Origin: Nemertoderma westbladi
Lineage: Eukaryota; Animalia; Xenacoelomorpha
NCBI GenBank assembly: GCA_032718475.1
Contig: JAUCBJ010003122.1
Location: 20,490-84,489, forward strand
Direction of reading: 5' to 3'
DNA length: 64,000 nucleotides
Position numbers and translations under genes: made by a program. The notes under the pieces are model-generated. The model was not told the origin of the DNA. It did not search any database and saw only the letters and a list, made by a program, of their open reading frames with translations. Shown piece by piece: positions 11,701-26,700 of the stretch (positions within the stretch are counted from its first letter, which is position 1; each line of letters opens with the position of its first letter).

Positions 11701-14700
11701 GGATAAATAATGTGTTTAGTTTCAGTTTAAGAGGATAAGGAATTCGGTTAGTTTCAGTTTAATAGGATAAATAATTTTGTTAGTTTCAGTTTAAGAGGAT
11801 AAAGAATTTGGTTAGTTTCAGTTTAAGAGGATAAGGAATTCGGTTAGTTTCAGTTTAATAGGATAAATAATTTTGTTGGTTTCAGTTTAAGAGGATAAAG
11901 AATTTGGTTAGTTTCAGTTTAAGAGGATAAGGAATTCGGTTAGTTTCAGTTTAAGAGGATAAATAATGTGTTTAGTTTCAGTTTAAGATTATAAGGAATT
12001 CGGTTAGTTTCAGTTTAATAGGATAAATAATTTTGTTGGTTTCAGTTTAAGAGGATAAAGAATTTGGTTAGTTTCAGTTTAAGAGGATAAGGAATTCGGT
12101 TAGTTTCAGTTTAAGAGGATAAATAATTTGTTTAGCTTCAGTTTAAGAGGATAAATAATTTGTTTAGCTTCAGTTTAAGAGGATAAATAATTTGGTTAGT
12201 TTCAGTTTAAGAGGATAATAATGCGGTTAGTTTCAGTTTAAGAGGATAAATAATGTGTTTAGTTTCAGTTTAAGAGGATAAGGAATTCGGTTAGTTTCAG
12301 TTTAAGAGGATAAATAATGTGTTTAGTTTCAGTTTAAGAGGATAAGGAATTCGGTTAGTTTCAGTTTAATAGGATAAATAATTTTGTTGGTTTCAGTTTA
12401 AGAGGATAAATAATTTGGTTAGTTTCAGTTTAAGAGGATAAAGAATTTGGTTAGTTTCAGTTTAAGAGGATAAGGAATTCGGTTAGTTTCAGTTTAAGAT
12501 GATAAGGAATTCGGTTAGTTTCAGTTTAATAGGATAAAGAATTTGGTTAGCTTCAGTTTAAGAGGATAATAATTCGGTTAGTTTCAGTTTAAGAGGATAA
12601 ATAATTTGTTTAGTTTCAGTTTAAGAGGATAAATAATTTGTTTAGTTTCAGTTTAAGAGGATAAGGAATTCGGTTAGTTTCATTTTAATAGGAAAAATAA
12701 TTTTGTTGGTTTCAGTTTAATAGGATAAATAATTTTGTTGGTTTCAGTTTAAGAGGATAATAATGCGGTTAGTTTCAGTTTAAGAGGATAAAGAATTTGG
12801 TTAGTTTCAGTTTAAGAGGATAATAATTCGCTTAGTTTCAGTTTAAGAGGATAAATAATTTGTTTAGCTTCAGTTTAAGAGGATAATAATTCGGTTAGTT
12901 TCAGTTTAAGAGGATAAATAATTTGTTTAGCTTCAGTTTAAGAGGATAAATAATTTGTTTAGTTTCAGTTTAAGAGGATAAATAATTTGTTTAGCTTCAG
13001 TTTAAGAGGATAAATAATTTGGTTAGTTTCAGTTTAAGAGGATAATAATGCGGTTAGTTTCAGTTTAAGAGGATAAATAATGTGTTTAGTTTCAGTTTAA
13101 GAGGATAAGGAATTCGGTTAGTTTCAGTTTAATAGGATAAATAATTTTGTTGGTTTCAGTTTAAGAGGATAAAGAATTTGGTTAGTTTCAGTTTAAGAGG
13201 ATAAGAAATTCGGTTAGTTTCAGTTTAAGAGGATAAATAATTTGTTTAGCTTCAGTTTAAGATGATAAATAATTTGTTTAGCTTCAGTTTAAGAGGATAA
13301 ATAATTTGGTTAGTTTCAGTTTAAGAGGATAATAATGCGGTTAGTTTCAGTTTAAGAGGATAAATAATGTGTTTAGTTTCAGTTTAAGAGGATAAGGAAT
13401 TCGGTTAGTTTCAGTTTAATAGGATAAATAATTTTGTTGGTTTCAGTTTAAGAGGATAAAGAATTTGGTTAGTTTCAGTTTAAGAGGCTAAGGAATTCGG
13501 TTAGTTTCAGTTTAATAGGATAAATAATTTTGTTGGTTTCAGTTTAAGAGGATAAAGAATTTGTTTAGCTTCAGTTTAAGAGGATAAATAATTTGTTTAG
13601 TTTCAGTTTAAGAGGATAAATAATTTGGTTAGTTTCATTTTAAGGGGATAATAATGCGGTTAGTTTCAGTTTAAGAGGATAAATAATGTGTTTAGTTTCA
13701 GTTTAAGAGGATAAGGAATTCGGTTAGTTTCAGTTTAATAGGATAAATAATTTTGTTGGTTTCAGTTTAAGAGGATAAAGAATTTGGTTAGTTTCAGTTT
13801 AAGAGGATAAGGAATTCGGTTAGTTTCAGTTTAAGAGGATAAATAATTTGTTTAGCTTCAGTTTAAGAGGATAAATAATTTGTTTAGTTTCAGTTTAAGA
13901 GGATAAATAATTTGGTTAGTTTCAGTTTAAGAGGATAATAATGCGGTTAGTTTCAGTTTAAGAGGATAAATAATGTGTTTAGTTTCAGTTTAAGAGGATA
14001 AGGAATTCGGTTAGTTTCAGTTTAATAGGATAAATAATTTTGTTGGTTTCAGTTTAAGAGGATAAAGAATTTGGTTAGTTTCAGTTTAAGAGGATAAGGA
14101 ATTCGGTTAGTTTCAGTTTAAGAGGATAAATAATTTGTTTAGCTTCAGTTTAAGAGGATAAATAATTTGTTTAGCTTCAGTTTAAGAGGATAAATAATTT
14201 GGTTAGTTTCAGTTTAAGAGGATAATAATGCGGTTAGTTTCAGTTTAAGAGGATAAATAATGTGTTTAGTTTCAGTTTAAGAGGATAAGGAATTCGGTTA
14301 GTTTCAGTTTAATAGGATAAATAATTTTGTTGGTTTCAGTTTAAGAGGATAAAGAATTTGGTTAGTTTCAGTTTAAGAGGATAAGGAATTCGGTTAGTTT
14401 CAGTTTAATAGGATAAATAATTTTGTTGGTTTCAGTTTAAGAGGATAAAGAATTTGGTTAGTTTCAGTTTAAGAGGATAAGGAATTCGGTTAGTTTCAGT
14501 TTAAGAGGATAAATAATGTGTTTAGTTTCAGTTTAAGAGGATAAGGAATTCGGTTAGTTTCAGTTTAATAGGATAAATAATTTTGTTGGTTTCAGTTTAA
14601 GAGGATAAAGAATTTGGTTAGTTTCAGTTTAAGAGGATAAGGAATTCGGTTAGTTTCAGTTTAAGAGGATAAATAATTTGTTTAGCTTCAGTTTAAGAGG

Positions 14701-17700
14701 ATAAATAATTTGTTTAGCTTCAGTTTAAGAGGATAAATAATTTGGTTAGTTTCAGTTTAAGAGGATAATAATGCGGTTAGTTTCAGTTTAAGAGGATAAA
14801 TAATGTGTTTAGTTTCAGTTTAAGAGGATAAGGAATTCGGTTAGTTTCAGTTTAAGAGGATAAATAATGTGTTTAGTTTCAGTTTAAGAGGATAAGGAAT
14901 TCGGTTAGTTTCAGTTTAATAGGATAAATAATTTTGTTGGTTTCAGTTTAAGAGGATAAATAATTTGGTTAGTTTCAGTTTAAGAGGATAAAGAATTTGG
15001 TTAGTTTCAGTTTAAGAGGATAAGGAATTCGGTTAGTTTCAGTTTAAGATGATAAGGAATTCGGTTAGTTTCAGTTTAATAGGATAAAGAATTTGGTTAG
15101 CTTCAGTTTAAGAGGATAATAATTCGGTTAGTTTCAGTTTAAGAGGATAAATAATTTGTTTAGTTTCAGTTTAAGAGGATAAATAATTTGTTTAGTTTCA
15201 GTTTAAGAGGATAAGGAATTCGGTTAGTTTCATTTTAATAGGAAAAATAATTTTGTTGGTTTCAGTTTAATAGGATAAATAATTTTGTTGGTTTCAGTTT
15301 AAGAGGATAATAATGCGGTTAGTTTCAGTTTAAGAGGATAAAGAATTTGGTTAGTTTCAGTTTAAGAGGATAATAATTCGCTTAGTTTCAGTTTAAGAGG
15401 ATAAATAATTTGTTTAGCTTCAGTTTAAGAGGATAATAATTCGGTTAGTTTCAGTTTAAGAGGATAAATAATTTGTTTAGCTTCAGTTTAAGAGGATAAA
15501 TAATTTGTTTAGTTTCAGTTTAAGAGGATAAATAATTTGTTTAGCTTCAGTTTAAGAGGATAAATAATTTGGTTAGTTTCAGTTTAAGAGGATAATAATG
15601 CGGTTAGTTTCAGTTTAAGAGGATAAATAATGTGTTTAGTTTCAGTTTAAGAGGATAAGGAATTCGGTTAATTTCAGTTTAATAGGATAAATAATTTTGT
15701 TGGTTTCAGTTTAAGAGGATAAAGAATTTGGTTAGTTTCAGTTTAAGAGGATAAGGAATTCGGTTAGTTTCAGTTTAAGAGGATAAATAATTTGGTTAGC
15801 TTCAGTTTAAGAGGATAAATAATTTGGTTAGTTTCAGTTTAAGAGGATAATAATGCGGTTAGTTTCAGTTTAAGAGGATAAATAATGTGTTTAGTTTCAG
15901 TTTAAGAGGATAAGGAATTCGGTTAGTTTCAGTTTAATAGGATAAATAATTTTGTTGGTTTCAGTTTAAGAGGATAAAGAATTTGGTTAGTTTCAGTTTA
16001 AGAGGATAAGGAATTCGGTTAGTTTCAGTTTAATAGGATAAATAATTTTGTTGGTTTCAGTTTAAGAGGATAAAGAATTTGTTTAGCTTCAGTTTAAGAG
16101 GATAAATAATTTGTTTAGTTTCAGTTTAAGAGGATAAATAATTTGGTTAGTTTCAGTTTAAGAGGATAATAATGCGGTTAGTTTCAGTTTAAGAGGATAA
16201 ATAATGTGTTTAGTTTCAGTTTAAGAGGATAAGTAATTCGGTTAGTTTCAGTTTAATAGGATAAATAATTTTGTTGGTTTCAGTTTAAGAGGATAAAGAA
16301 TTTGGTTAGTTTCAGTTTAAAAGGATAAGGAATTCGGTTAGTTTCAGTTTAAGAGGATAAATAATTTGTTTAGCTTCAGTTTAAGAGGATAAATAATTTG
16401 TTTAGTTTCAGTTTAAGAGGATAAATAATTTGTTTAGCTTCAGTTTAAGAGGATAAATAATTTGGTTAGTTTCAGTTTAAGAGGATAATAATGCGGTTAG
16501 TTTCAGTTTAAGAGGATAAATAATGTGTTTAGTTTCAGTTTAAGAGGATAAGGAATTCGGTTAGTTTCAGTTTAATAGGATAAATAATTTTGTTGGTTTC
16601 AGTTTAAGAGGATAAAGAATTTGGTTAGTTTCAGTTTAAGAGGATAAGGAATTCGGTTAGTTTCAGTTTAAGAGGATAAATAATTTGTTTAGCTTCAGTT
16701 TAAGAGGATAAATAATTTGTTTAGCTTCAGTTTAAGAGGATAAATAATTTGGTTAGTTTCAGTTTAAGAGGATAATAATGCGGTTAGTTTCAGTTTAAGA
16801 TGATAAATAATGTGTTTACTTTCAGTTTAAAAGGATAAGGAATTCGGTTAGTTTCAGTTTAATAGGATAAATAATTTTGTTGGTTTCAGTTTAAGAGGAT
16901 AAAGAATTTGGTTAGTTTCAGTTTAAGAGGATAAGGAATTCGGTTAGTTTCAGTTTAATAGGATAAATAATTTTGTTGGTTTCAGTTTAAGAGGATAAAG
17001 AATTTGGTTAGTTTCAGTTTAAGAGGATAATGAATTCGGTTAGTTTCAGTTTAAGAGGATAAATAATGTGTTTAGTTTCAGTTTAAGAGGATAAGGAATT
17101 CGGTTAGTTTCAGTTTAATAGGATAAATAATTTTGTTGGTTTCAGTTTAAGAGGATAAAGAATTTGGTTAGTTTCAGTTTAAGAGGATAAGGAATTCGGT
17201 TAGTTTCAGTTTAAGAGGATAAATAATTTGTTTAGCTTCAGTTTAAGAGGATAAATAATTTGTTTAGCTTCAGTTTAACAGGATAAATAATTTGGTTAGT
17301 TTCAGTTTAAGAGGATAATAATGCGGTTAGTTTCAGTTTAAGAGGATAAATAATGTGTTTACTTTCAGTTTAAGAGGATAAGGAATTCGGTTAGTTTCAG
17401 TTTAAGAGGATAAATAATGTGTTTAGTTTCAGTTTAAGAGGATAAGGAATTCGGTTAGTTTCAGTTTAATAGGATAAATAATTTTGTTGGTTTCAGTTTA
17501 AGAGGATAAATAATTTGGTTAGTTTCAGTTTAAGAGGATAAAGAATTTGGTTAGTTTCAGTTTAAGAGGATAAGGAATTCGGTTAGTTTCAGTTTAAGAT
17601 GATAAGGAATTCGGTTAGTTTCAGTTTAATAGGATAAAGAATTTGGTTAGTTTCAGTTTAAGAGGATAATAATTCGGTTAGTTTCAGTTTAAGAGGATAA

Positions 17701-20700
17701 ATAATTTGTTTAGTTTCAGTTTAAGAGGATAAATAATTTGTTTAGTTTCAGTTTAAGAGGATAAGGAATTCGGTTAGTTTCATTTTAATAGGAAAAATAA
17801 TTTTGTTGGTTTCAGTTTAATAGGATAAATAATTTTGTTGGTTTCAGTTTAAGAGGATAATAATGCGGTTAGTTTCAGTTTAAGAGGATAAAGAATTTGG
17901 TTAGTTTCAGTTTAAGAGGATAATAATTCGCTTAGTTTCAGTTTAAGAGGATAAATAATTTGTTTAGCTTCAGTTTAAGAGGATAATAATTCGGTTAGTT
18001 TCAGTTTAAGAGGATAAATAATTTGTTTAGCTTCAGTTTAAGAGGATAAGGAATTCGGTTAGTTTCAGTTTAAGAGGATACATAATTTGTTTAGTTTCAG
18101 TTTAAGAGGATAAGGAATTCGGTTAGTTTCAGTTTATTAGGATAAGTAATTTTGTTGGTTTCAGTTTAAGAGGATAAAGAATTTGGTTAGTTTCAGTTTA
18201 AGAGGATAATAATGCGGTTAGTTTCAGTTTAAGAGGATAAATAATGTGTTTAGTTTCAGTTTAAGAGGATAAGGAATTCGGTTAGTTTCAGTTTAATAGG
18301 ATAAATAATTTTGTTGGTTTCAGTTTAAGAGGATAAAGAATTTGGTTAGTTTCAGTTTAAGAGGATAAGGAATTCGGTTAGTTTCAGTTTAAGAGGATAA
18401 ATAATTTGTTTAGCTTCAGTTTAAGAGGATAAATAATTTGTTTAGCTTCAGTTTAAGAGGATAAATAATTTGGTTAGTTTCAGTTTAAGAGGATAAATAA
18501 TGTGTTTAGTTTCAGTTTAAGAGGATAAGGAATTCGGTTAGTTTCAGTTTAATAGGATAAATAATTTTGTTGGTTTCAGTTTAAGAGGATAAAGAATTTG
18601 GTTAGTTTCAGTTTAAGAGGATAAGGAATTCGGTTAGTTTCAGTTTAATAGGATAAATAATTTTGTTGGTTTCAGTTTAAGAGGATACAGAATTTGGTTA
18701 GTTTCAGTTTAAGAGGATAAGGAATTCGGTTAGTTTCAGTTTAAGAGGATAAATAATTTGTTTAGCTTCAGTTTAAGAGGATAAATAATTTGTTTAGCTT
18801 CAGTTTAAGAGGATAAATAATGTGTTTAGTTTCAGTTTAAGAGGATAAGGAATTCGGTTAGTTTCAGTTTAAGAGGATAAATAATGTGTTTAGTTTCAGT
18901 TTAAGAGGATAAGGAATTCGGTTAGTTTCAGTTTAATAGGATAAATAATTTTGTTGGTTTCAGTTTAAGAGGATAAATAATTTGGTTAGTTTCAGTTTAA
19001 GAGGATAAAGAATTTGGTTAGTTTCAGTTTAAGAGGATAAGGAATTCGGTTAGTTTCAGTTTAAGATGATAAGGAATTCGGTTAGTTTCAGTTTAATAGG
19101 ATAAAGAATTTGGTTAGTTTCAGTTTAAGAGGATAATAATTCGGTTAGTTTCAGTTTAAGAGGATAAATAATTTGTTTAGTTTCAGTTTAAGAGGATAAA
19201 TAATTTGTTTAGTTTCAGTTTAAGAGGATAAGGAATTCGGTTAGTTTCATTTTAATAGGAAAAATAATTTTGTTGGTTTCAGTTTAATAGGATAAATAAT
19301 TTTGTTGGTTTCAGTTTAAGAGGATAATAATGCGGTTAGTTTCAGTTTAAGAGGATAAAGAATTTGGTTAGTTTCAGTTTAAGAGGATAATAATTCGCTT
19401 AGTTTCAGTTTAAGAGGATAAATAATTTGTTTAGCTTCAGTTTAAGAGGATAATAATTCGGTTAGTTTCAGTTTAAGAGGATAAATAATTTGTTTAGCTT
19501 CAGTTTAAGAGGATAAGGAATTCGGTTAGTTTCAGTTTAAGAGGATAAATAATTTGTTTAGTTTCAGTTTAAGAGGATAAGGAATTCGGTTAGTTTCAGT
19601 TTATTAGGATAAGTAATTTTGTTGGTTTCAGTTTAAGAGGATAAAGAATTTGGTTAGTTTCAGTTTAAGAGGATAATAATGCGGTTAGTTTCAGTTTAAG
19701 AGGATAAATAATGTGTTTAGTTTCAGTTTAAGAGGATAAGGAATTCGGTTAGTTTCAGTTTAATAGGATAAATAATTTTGTTGGTTTCAGTTTAAGAGGA
19801 TAAAGAATTTGGTTAGTTTCAGTTTAAGAGGATAAGGAATTCGGTTAGTTTCAGTTTATGAGGATAAATAATTTGTTTAGCTTCAGTTTAAGAGGATAAA
19901 TAATTTGTTTAGCTTCAGTTTAAGAGGATAAATAATTTGGTTAGTTTCAGTTTAAGAGGATAAATAATGTGTTTAGTTTCAGTTTAAGAGGATAAGGAAT
20001 TCGGTTAGTTTCAGTTTAATAGGATAAATAATTTTGTTGGTTTCAGTTTAAGAGGATAAAGAATTTGGTTAGTTTCAGTTTAAGAGGATAAGGAATTCGG
20101 TTAGTTTCAGTTTAATAGGATAAATAATTTTGTTGGTTTCAGTTTAAGAGGATAAAGAATTTGGTTAGTTTCAGTTTAAGAGGATAAGGAATTCGGTTAG
20201 TTTCAGTTTAAGAGGATAAATAATTTGTTTAGTTTCAGTTTAAGAGGATAAATAATTTGTTTAGCTTCAGTTTAAGAGGATAAATAATTTGGTTAGTTTC
20301 AGTTTAAGAGGATAATAATGCGGTTAGTTTCAGTTTAAGAGGATAAATAATGTGTTTAGTTTCAGTTTAAGAGGATAAGGAATTCGGTTAGTTTCAGTTT
20401 AATAGGATAAATAATTTTGTTGGTTTCAGTTTAAGAGGATAAAGAATTTGGTTAGTTTCAGTTTAAGAGGATAAGGAATTCGGTTAGTTTCAGTTTAATA
20501 GGATAAATAATTTTGTTGGTTTCAGTTTAAGAGGATAAAGAATTTGGTTAGTTTCAGTTTAAGAGGATAAGGAATTTGGTTAGTTTCAGTTTAAGAGGAT
20601 AAATAATGTGTTTAGTTTCAGTTTAAGAGGATAAGGAATTCGGTTAGTTTCAGTTTAATAGGATAAATAATTTTGTTGGTTTCAGTTTAAGAGGATAAAG

Positions 20701-23700
20701 AATTTGGTTAGTTTCAGTTTAAGAGGATAAGGAATTCGGTTAGTTTCAGTTTAAGAGGATAAATAATTTGTTTAGCTTCAGTTTAAGAGGATAAATAATT
20801 TGTTTAGCTTCAGTTTAAGAGGATAAATAATTTGGTTAGTTTCAGTTTAAGAGGATAATAATGCGGTTAGTTTCAGTTTAAGAGGATAAATAATGTGTTT
20901 AGTTTCAGTTTAAGAGGATAAGGAATTCGGTTAGTTTCAGTTTAAGAGGATAAATAATGTATTTAGTTTCAGTTTAAGAGGATAAGGAATTCGGTTAGTT
21001 TCAGTTTAATAGGATAAATAATTTTGTTGGTTTCAGTTTAAGAGGATAAATAATTTGGTTAGTTTCAGTTTAAGAGGATAAAGAATTTGGTTAGTTTCAG
21101 TTTAAGAGGATAAGGAATTCGGTTAGTTTCAGTTTAAGATGATAAGGAATTCGGTTAGTTTCAGTTTAATAGGATAAAGAATTTGGTTAGTTTCAGTTTA
21201 AGAGGATAATAATTCGGTTAGTTTCAGTTTAAGAGGATAAATAATTTGTTTAGTTTCAGTTTAAGAGGATAAATAATTTGTTTAGTTTCAGTTTAAGAGG
21301 ATAAGGAATTCGGTTAGTTTCATTTTAATAGGAAAAATAATTTTGTTGGTTTCAGTTTAATAGGATAAATAATTTTGTTGGTTTCAGTTTAAGAGGATAA
21401 TAATGCGGTTAGTTTCAGTTTAAGAGGATAAAGAATTTGGTTAGTTTCAGTTTAAGAGGATAATAATTCGCTTAGTTTCAGTTTAAGAGGATAAATAATT
21501 TGTTTAGCTTCAGTTTAAGAGGATAATAATTCGGTTAGTTTCAGTTTAAGAGGATAAATAATTTGTTTAGCTTCAGTTTAAGAGGATAAATAATTTGTTT
21601 AGTTTCAGTTTAAGATGATAAATAATTTGTTTAGCTTCAGTTTAAGAGGATAAATAATTTGGTTAGTTTCAGTTTAAGAGGATAATAATGCGGTTAGTTT
21701 CAGTTTAAGAGGATAAATAATGTGTTTAGTTTCAGTTTAAGAGGATAAGGAATTCGGTTAGTTTCAGTTTAATAGGATAAATAATTTTGTTGGTTTCAGT
21801 TTAAGAGGATAAAGAATTTGGTTAGTTTCAGTTTAAGAGGATAAGGAATTCGGTTAGTTTCAGTTTAAGAGGATAAATAATTTGTTTAGCTTCAGTTTAA
21901 GAGGATAAATAATTTGGTTAGTTTCAGTTTAAGAGGATAATAATGCGGTTAGTTTCAGTTTAAGAGGATAAATAATGTGTTTAGTTTCAGTTTAAGAGGA
22001 TAAGGAATTCGGTTAGTTTCAGTTTAAGAGGATAAATAATTTGTTTAGCTTCAGTTTAAGAGGATAAATAATTTGGTTAGTTTCAGTTTAAGAGGATAAT
22101 AATGCGGTTAGTTTCAGTTTAAGAGGATAAATAATGTGTTTAGTTTCAGTTTAAGAGGATAAGGAATTCGGATAGTTTCAGTTTAATAGGTTAAATAATT
22201 TTGTTGGTTTCAGTTTAAGAGGATAAAGAATTTGGTTAGTTTCAGTTTAAGAGGATAAGGAATTCGGTTAGTTTCAGTTTAATAGGATAAATAATTTTGT
22301 TGGTTTCAGTTTAAGAGGATAAAGAATTTGGTTAGTTTCAGTTTAAGAGGATAAGGAATTCGGTTAGTTTCAGTTTAATAGGATAAATAATTTTGTTGGT
22401 TTCAGTTTAAGAGGATAAAGAATTTGTTTAGCTTCAGTTTAAGAGGATAAATAATTTGTTTAGTTTCAGTTTAAGAGGATAAATAATTTGTTTAGCTTCA
22501 GTTTAAGAGGATAAATAATTTGGTTAGTTTCAGTTTAAGAGGATAAATAATTTGGTTAGTTTCAGTTTAAGAGGATAATAATGCGGTTAGTTTCAGTTTA
22601 AGAGGATAAATAATGTGTTTAGTTTCAGTTTAAGAGGATAAGGAATTCGGTTAGTTTCAGTTTAATAGGATAAATAATTTTGTTGGTTTCAGTTTAAGAG
22701 GATAAAGAATTTGGTTAGTTTCAGTTTAAGAGGATAAGGAATTCGGTTAGTTTCAGTTTAAGAGGATAAATAATTTGTTTAGCTTCAGTTTAAGAGGATA
22801 AATAATTTGGTTAGTTTCAGTTTAAGAGGATAATAATGCGGTTAGTTTCAGTTTAAGAGGATAAATAATGTGTTTAGTTTCAGTTTAAGAGGATAAGGAA
22901 TTTGGTTAGTTTCAGTTTAAGAGGATAAATAATTTGTTTAGCTTCAGTTTAAGAGGATAAATAATTTGGTTAGTTTCAGTTTAAGAGGATAATAATGCGG
23001 TTAGTTTCAGTTTAAGAGGATAAATAATTTGGTTAGTTTCAGTTTAAGAGGATAAGGAATTCGGATAGTTTCAGTTTAATAGGATAAATAATTTTGTTGG
23101 TTTCAGTTTAAGAGGATAAATAATGTGTTTAGTTTCAGTTTAAGAGGATAAGGAATTCGGATAGTTTCAGTTTAATAGGATAAATAATTTTGTTGGTTTC
23201 AGTTTAAGAGGATAAAGAATTTGGTTAGTTTCAGTTTAAGAGGATAAGGAATTCGGTTAGTTTCAGTTTAATAGGATAAATAATTTTGTTGGTTTCAGTT
23301 TAAGAGGATAAAGAATTTGTTTAGCTTCAGTTTAAGAGGATAAATAATTTGTTTAGTTTCAGTTTAAGAGGATAAATAATTTGTTTAGCTTCAGTTTAAG
23401 AGGATAAATAATTTGGTTAGTTTCAGTTTAAGAGGATAAATAATTTGGTTAGTTTCAGTTTAAGAGGATAATAATGCGGTTAGTTTCAGTTTAAGAGGAT
23501 AAATAATGTGTTTAGTTTCAGTTTAAGAGGATAAGGAATTCGGTTAGTTTCAGTTTAATAGGATAGATAATTTTGTTGGTTTCAGTTTAAGAGGATAAAG
23601 AATTTGGTTAGTTTCAGTTTAAGAGGATAAGGAATTCGGTTAGTTTCAGTTTAAGAGGATAAATAATTTGTTTAGCTTCAGTTTAAGAGGATAAATAATT

Positions 23701-26700
23701 TGGTTAGTTTCAGTTTAAGAGGATAATAATGCGGTTAGTTTCAGTTTAAGAGGATAAATAATGTGTTTAGTTTCAGTTTAAGAGGATAAGGAATTTGGTT
23801 AGTTTCAGTTTAAGAGGATAAATAATTTGTTTAGCTTCAGTTTAAGAGGATAAATAATTTGGTTAGTTTCAGTTTAAGAGGATAATAATGCGGTTAGTTT
23901 CAGTTTAAGAGGATAAATAATGTGTTTAGTTTCAGTTTAAGAGGATAAGGAATTCGGTTAGTTTCAGTTTAATAGGATAAATAATTTTGTTGGTTTCAGT
24001 TTAAGAGGATAAAGAATTTGGTTAGTTTCAGTTTAAGAGGATAAGGAATTCGGTTAGTTTCAGTTTAAGGGGGGGGTACACCATTTTCGGACAACTCTTC
24101 GATTTATCACTCTCAGCGTTTCAAAATTGTTTGGTTTTGGCTAAAATTTGGCATATAGGTGCCTAAGATGCTATTCTACATGACAGGTCAGAAAGTTTTT
24201 TTTTCCGCTATTTAATATTAGTTAATACTAGTTAACAATAAAAAAAACTTGGTTGCGCTTAAAACCCTAAGGCTTTTACAGTTTTGAACCTAATCACATG
24301 AAAGTTTTTTTATATGATAGATCAAAGATGGGGCAACATAACTATCAGGCGAAATTTTGTTAAAATAATTCTGCACCGCTAGGTGGCGCTGCAAATTTAT
24401 GCTAATTTTTAGGTTTTTTATAAATAGTATTAAATTTTATTAACAAAAAATTTCGAAAAGGTGCCTGATACTTTTATGCAGGGTGGCTATCTAGACACCC
24501 ACAGGAAGTTTCAGACTAATTACTCAAAAATTGTAGAAGTAGTAGGGTTCTGAAGTTGACAATTTCATGAAAAAAATATTTGGAGATAATCAACCTTTCA
24601 TTATACATAGTAATAGTAATTTCAATAGGATTCCCTAAATGGAAATTGTTATAACTTGAGAAGTAAAAGAGATATTAAATAGCGGTTTTCAGATTTGGAA
24701 ACACCATTCAATGGTGCATTATAATATACCATAAAAAAAATTTCGACATATTTTGGACCAAAATGGTGTACCCCCCCCTTAAGAGGATAAATAATTTGTT
24801 TAGCTTCAGTTTAAGAGGATAAATAATTTGGTTAGTTTCAGTTTAAGAGGATAATAATGCGGTTAGTTTCAGTTTAAGAGGATAAATAATGTGTTTAGTT
24901 TCAGTTTAAGAGGATAAGGAATTCGGTTAGTTTCAGTTTAAGAGGATAAATAATTTGTTTAGCTTCAGTTTAAGAGGATAAATAATTTGGTTAGTTTCAG
25001 TTTAAGAGGATAATAATGCGGTTAGTTTCAGTTTAAGAGGATAAATAATTTGGTTAGTTTCAGTTTAAGAGGATAAGGAATTCGGATAGTTTCAGTTTAA
25101 TAGGATAAATAATTTTGTTGGTTTCAGTTTAAGAGGATAAATAATGTGTTTAGTTTCAGTTTAAGAGGATAAGGAATTCGGATAGTTTCAGTTTAATAGG
25201 ATAAATAATTTTGTTGGTTTCAGTTTAAGAGGATAAAGAATTTGGTTAGTTTCAGTTTAAGAGGATAAGGAATTCGGTTAGTTTCAGTTTAATAGGATAA
25301 ATAATTTTGTTGGTTTCAGTTTAAGAGGATAAAGAATTTGTTTAGCTTCAGTTTAAGAGGATAAATAATTTGTTTAGTTTCAGTTTAAGAGGATAAATAA
25401 TTTGTTTAGCTTCAGTTTAAGAGGATAAATAATTTGGTTAGTTTCAGTTTAAGAGGATAAATAATTTGGTTAGTTTCAGTTTAAGAGGATAATAATGCGG
25501 TTAGTTTCAGTTTAAGAGGATAAATAATGTGTTTAGTTTCAGTTTAAGAGGATAAGGAATTCGGTTAGTTTCAGTTTAATAGGATAAATAATTTTGTTGG
25601 TTTCAGTTTAAGAGGATAAAGAATTTGGTTAGTTTCAGTTTAAGAGGATAAGGAATTCGGTTAGTTTCAGTTTAAGAGGATAAATAATTTGTTTAGCTTC
25701 AGTTTAAGAGGATAAATAATTTGGTTAGTTTCAGTTTAAGAGGATAATAATGCGGTTAGTTTCAGTTTAAGAGGATAAATAATGTGTTTAGTTTCAGTTT
25801 AAGAGGATAAGGAATTTGGTTAGTTTCAGTTTAAGAGGATAAATAATTTGTTTAGCTTCAGTTTAAGAGGATAAATAATTTGGTTAGTTTCAGTTTAAGA
25901 GGATAATAATGCTGTTAGTTTCAGTTTAAGAGGATAAATAATGTGTTTAGTTTCAGTTTAAGAGGATAAGGAATTCGGTTAGTTTCAGTTTAATAGGATA
26001 AATAATTTTGTTGGTTTCAGTTTAAGAGGATAAAGAATTTGGTTAGTTTCAGTTTAAGAGGATAAGGAATTCGGTTAGTTTCAGTTTAAGAGGATAAATA
26101 ATTTGTTTAGCTTCAGTTTAAGAGGATAAATAATTTGGTTAGTTTCAGTTTAAGAGGATAATAATGCGGTTAGTTTCAGTTTAAGAGGATAAATAATGTG
26201 TTTAGTTTCAGTTTAAGAGGATAAGGAATTCGGTTAGTTTCAGTTTAAGAGGATAAATAATTTGTTTAGCTTCAGTTTAAGAGGATAAATAATTTGGTTA
26301 GTTTCAGTTTAAGAGGATAATAATGCGGTTAGTTTCAGTTTAAGAGGATAAATAATGTGTTTAGTTTCAGTTTAAGAGGATAAGGAATTCGGATAGTTTC
26401 AGTTTAATAGGTTAAATAATTTTGTTGGTTTCAGTTTAAGAGGATAAAGAATTTGGTTAGTTTCAGTTTAAGAGGATAAGGAATTCGGTTAGTTTCAGTT
26501 TAATAGGATAAATAATTTTGTTGGTTTCAGTTTAAGAGGATAAAGAATTTGTTTAGCTTCAGTTTAAGAGGATAAATAATTTGTTTAGTTTCAGTTTAAG
26601 AGGATAAATAATTTGTTTAGCTTCAGTTTAAGAGGATAAATAATTTGGTTAGCTTCAGTTTAAGAGGATAATAATGCGGTTAGTTTCAGTTTAAGAGGAT

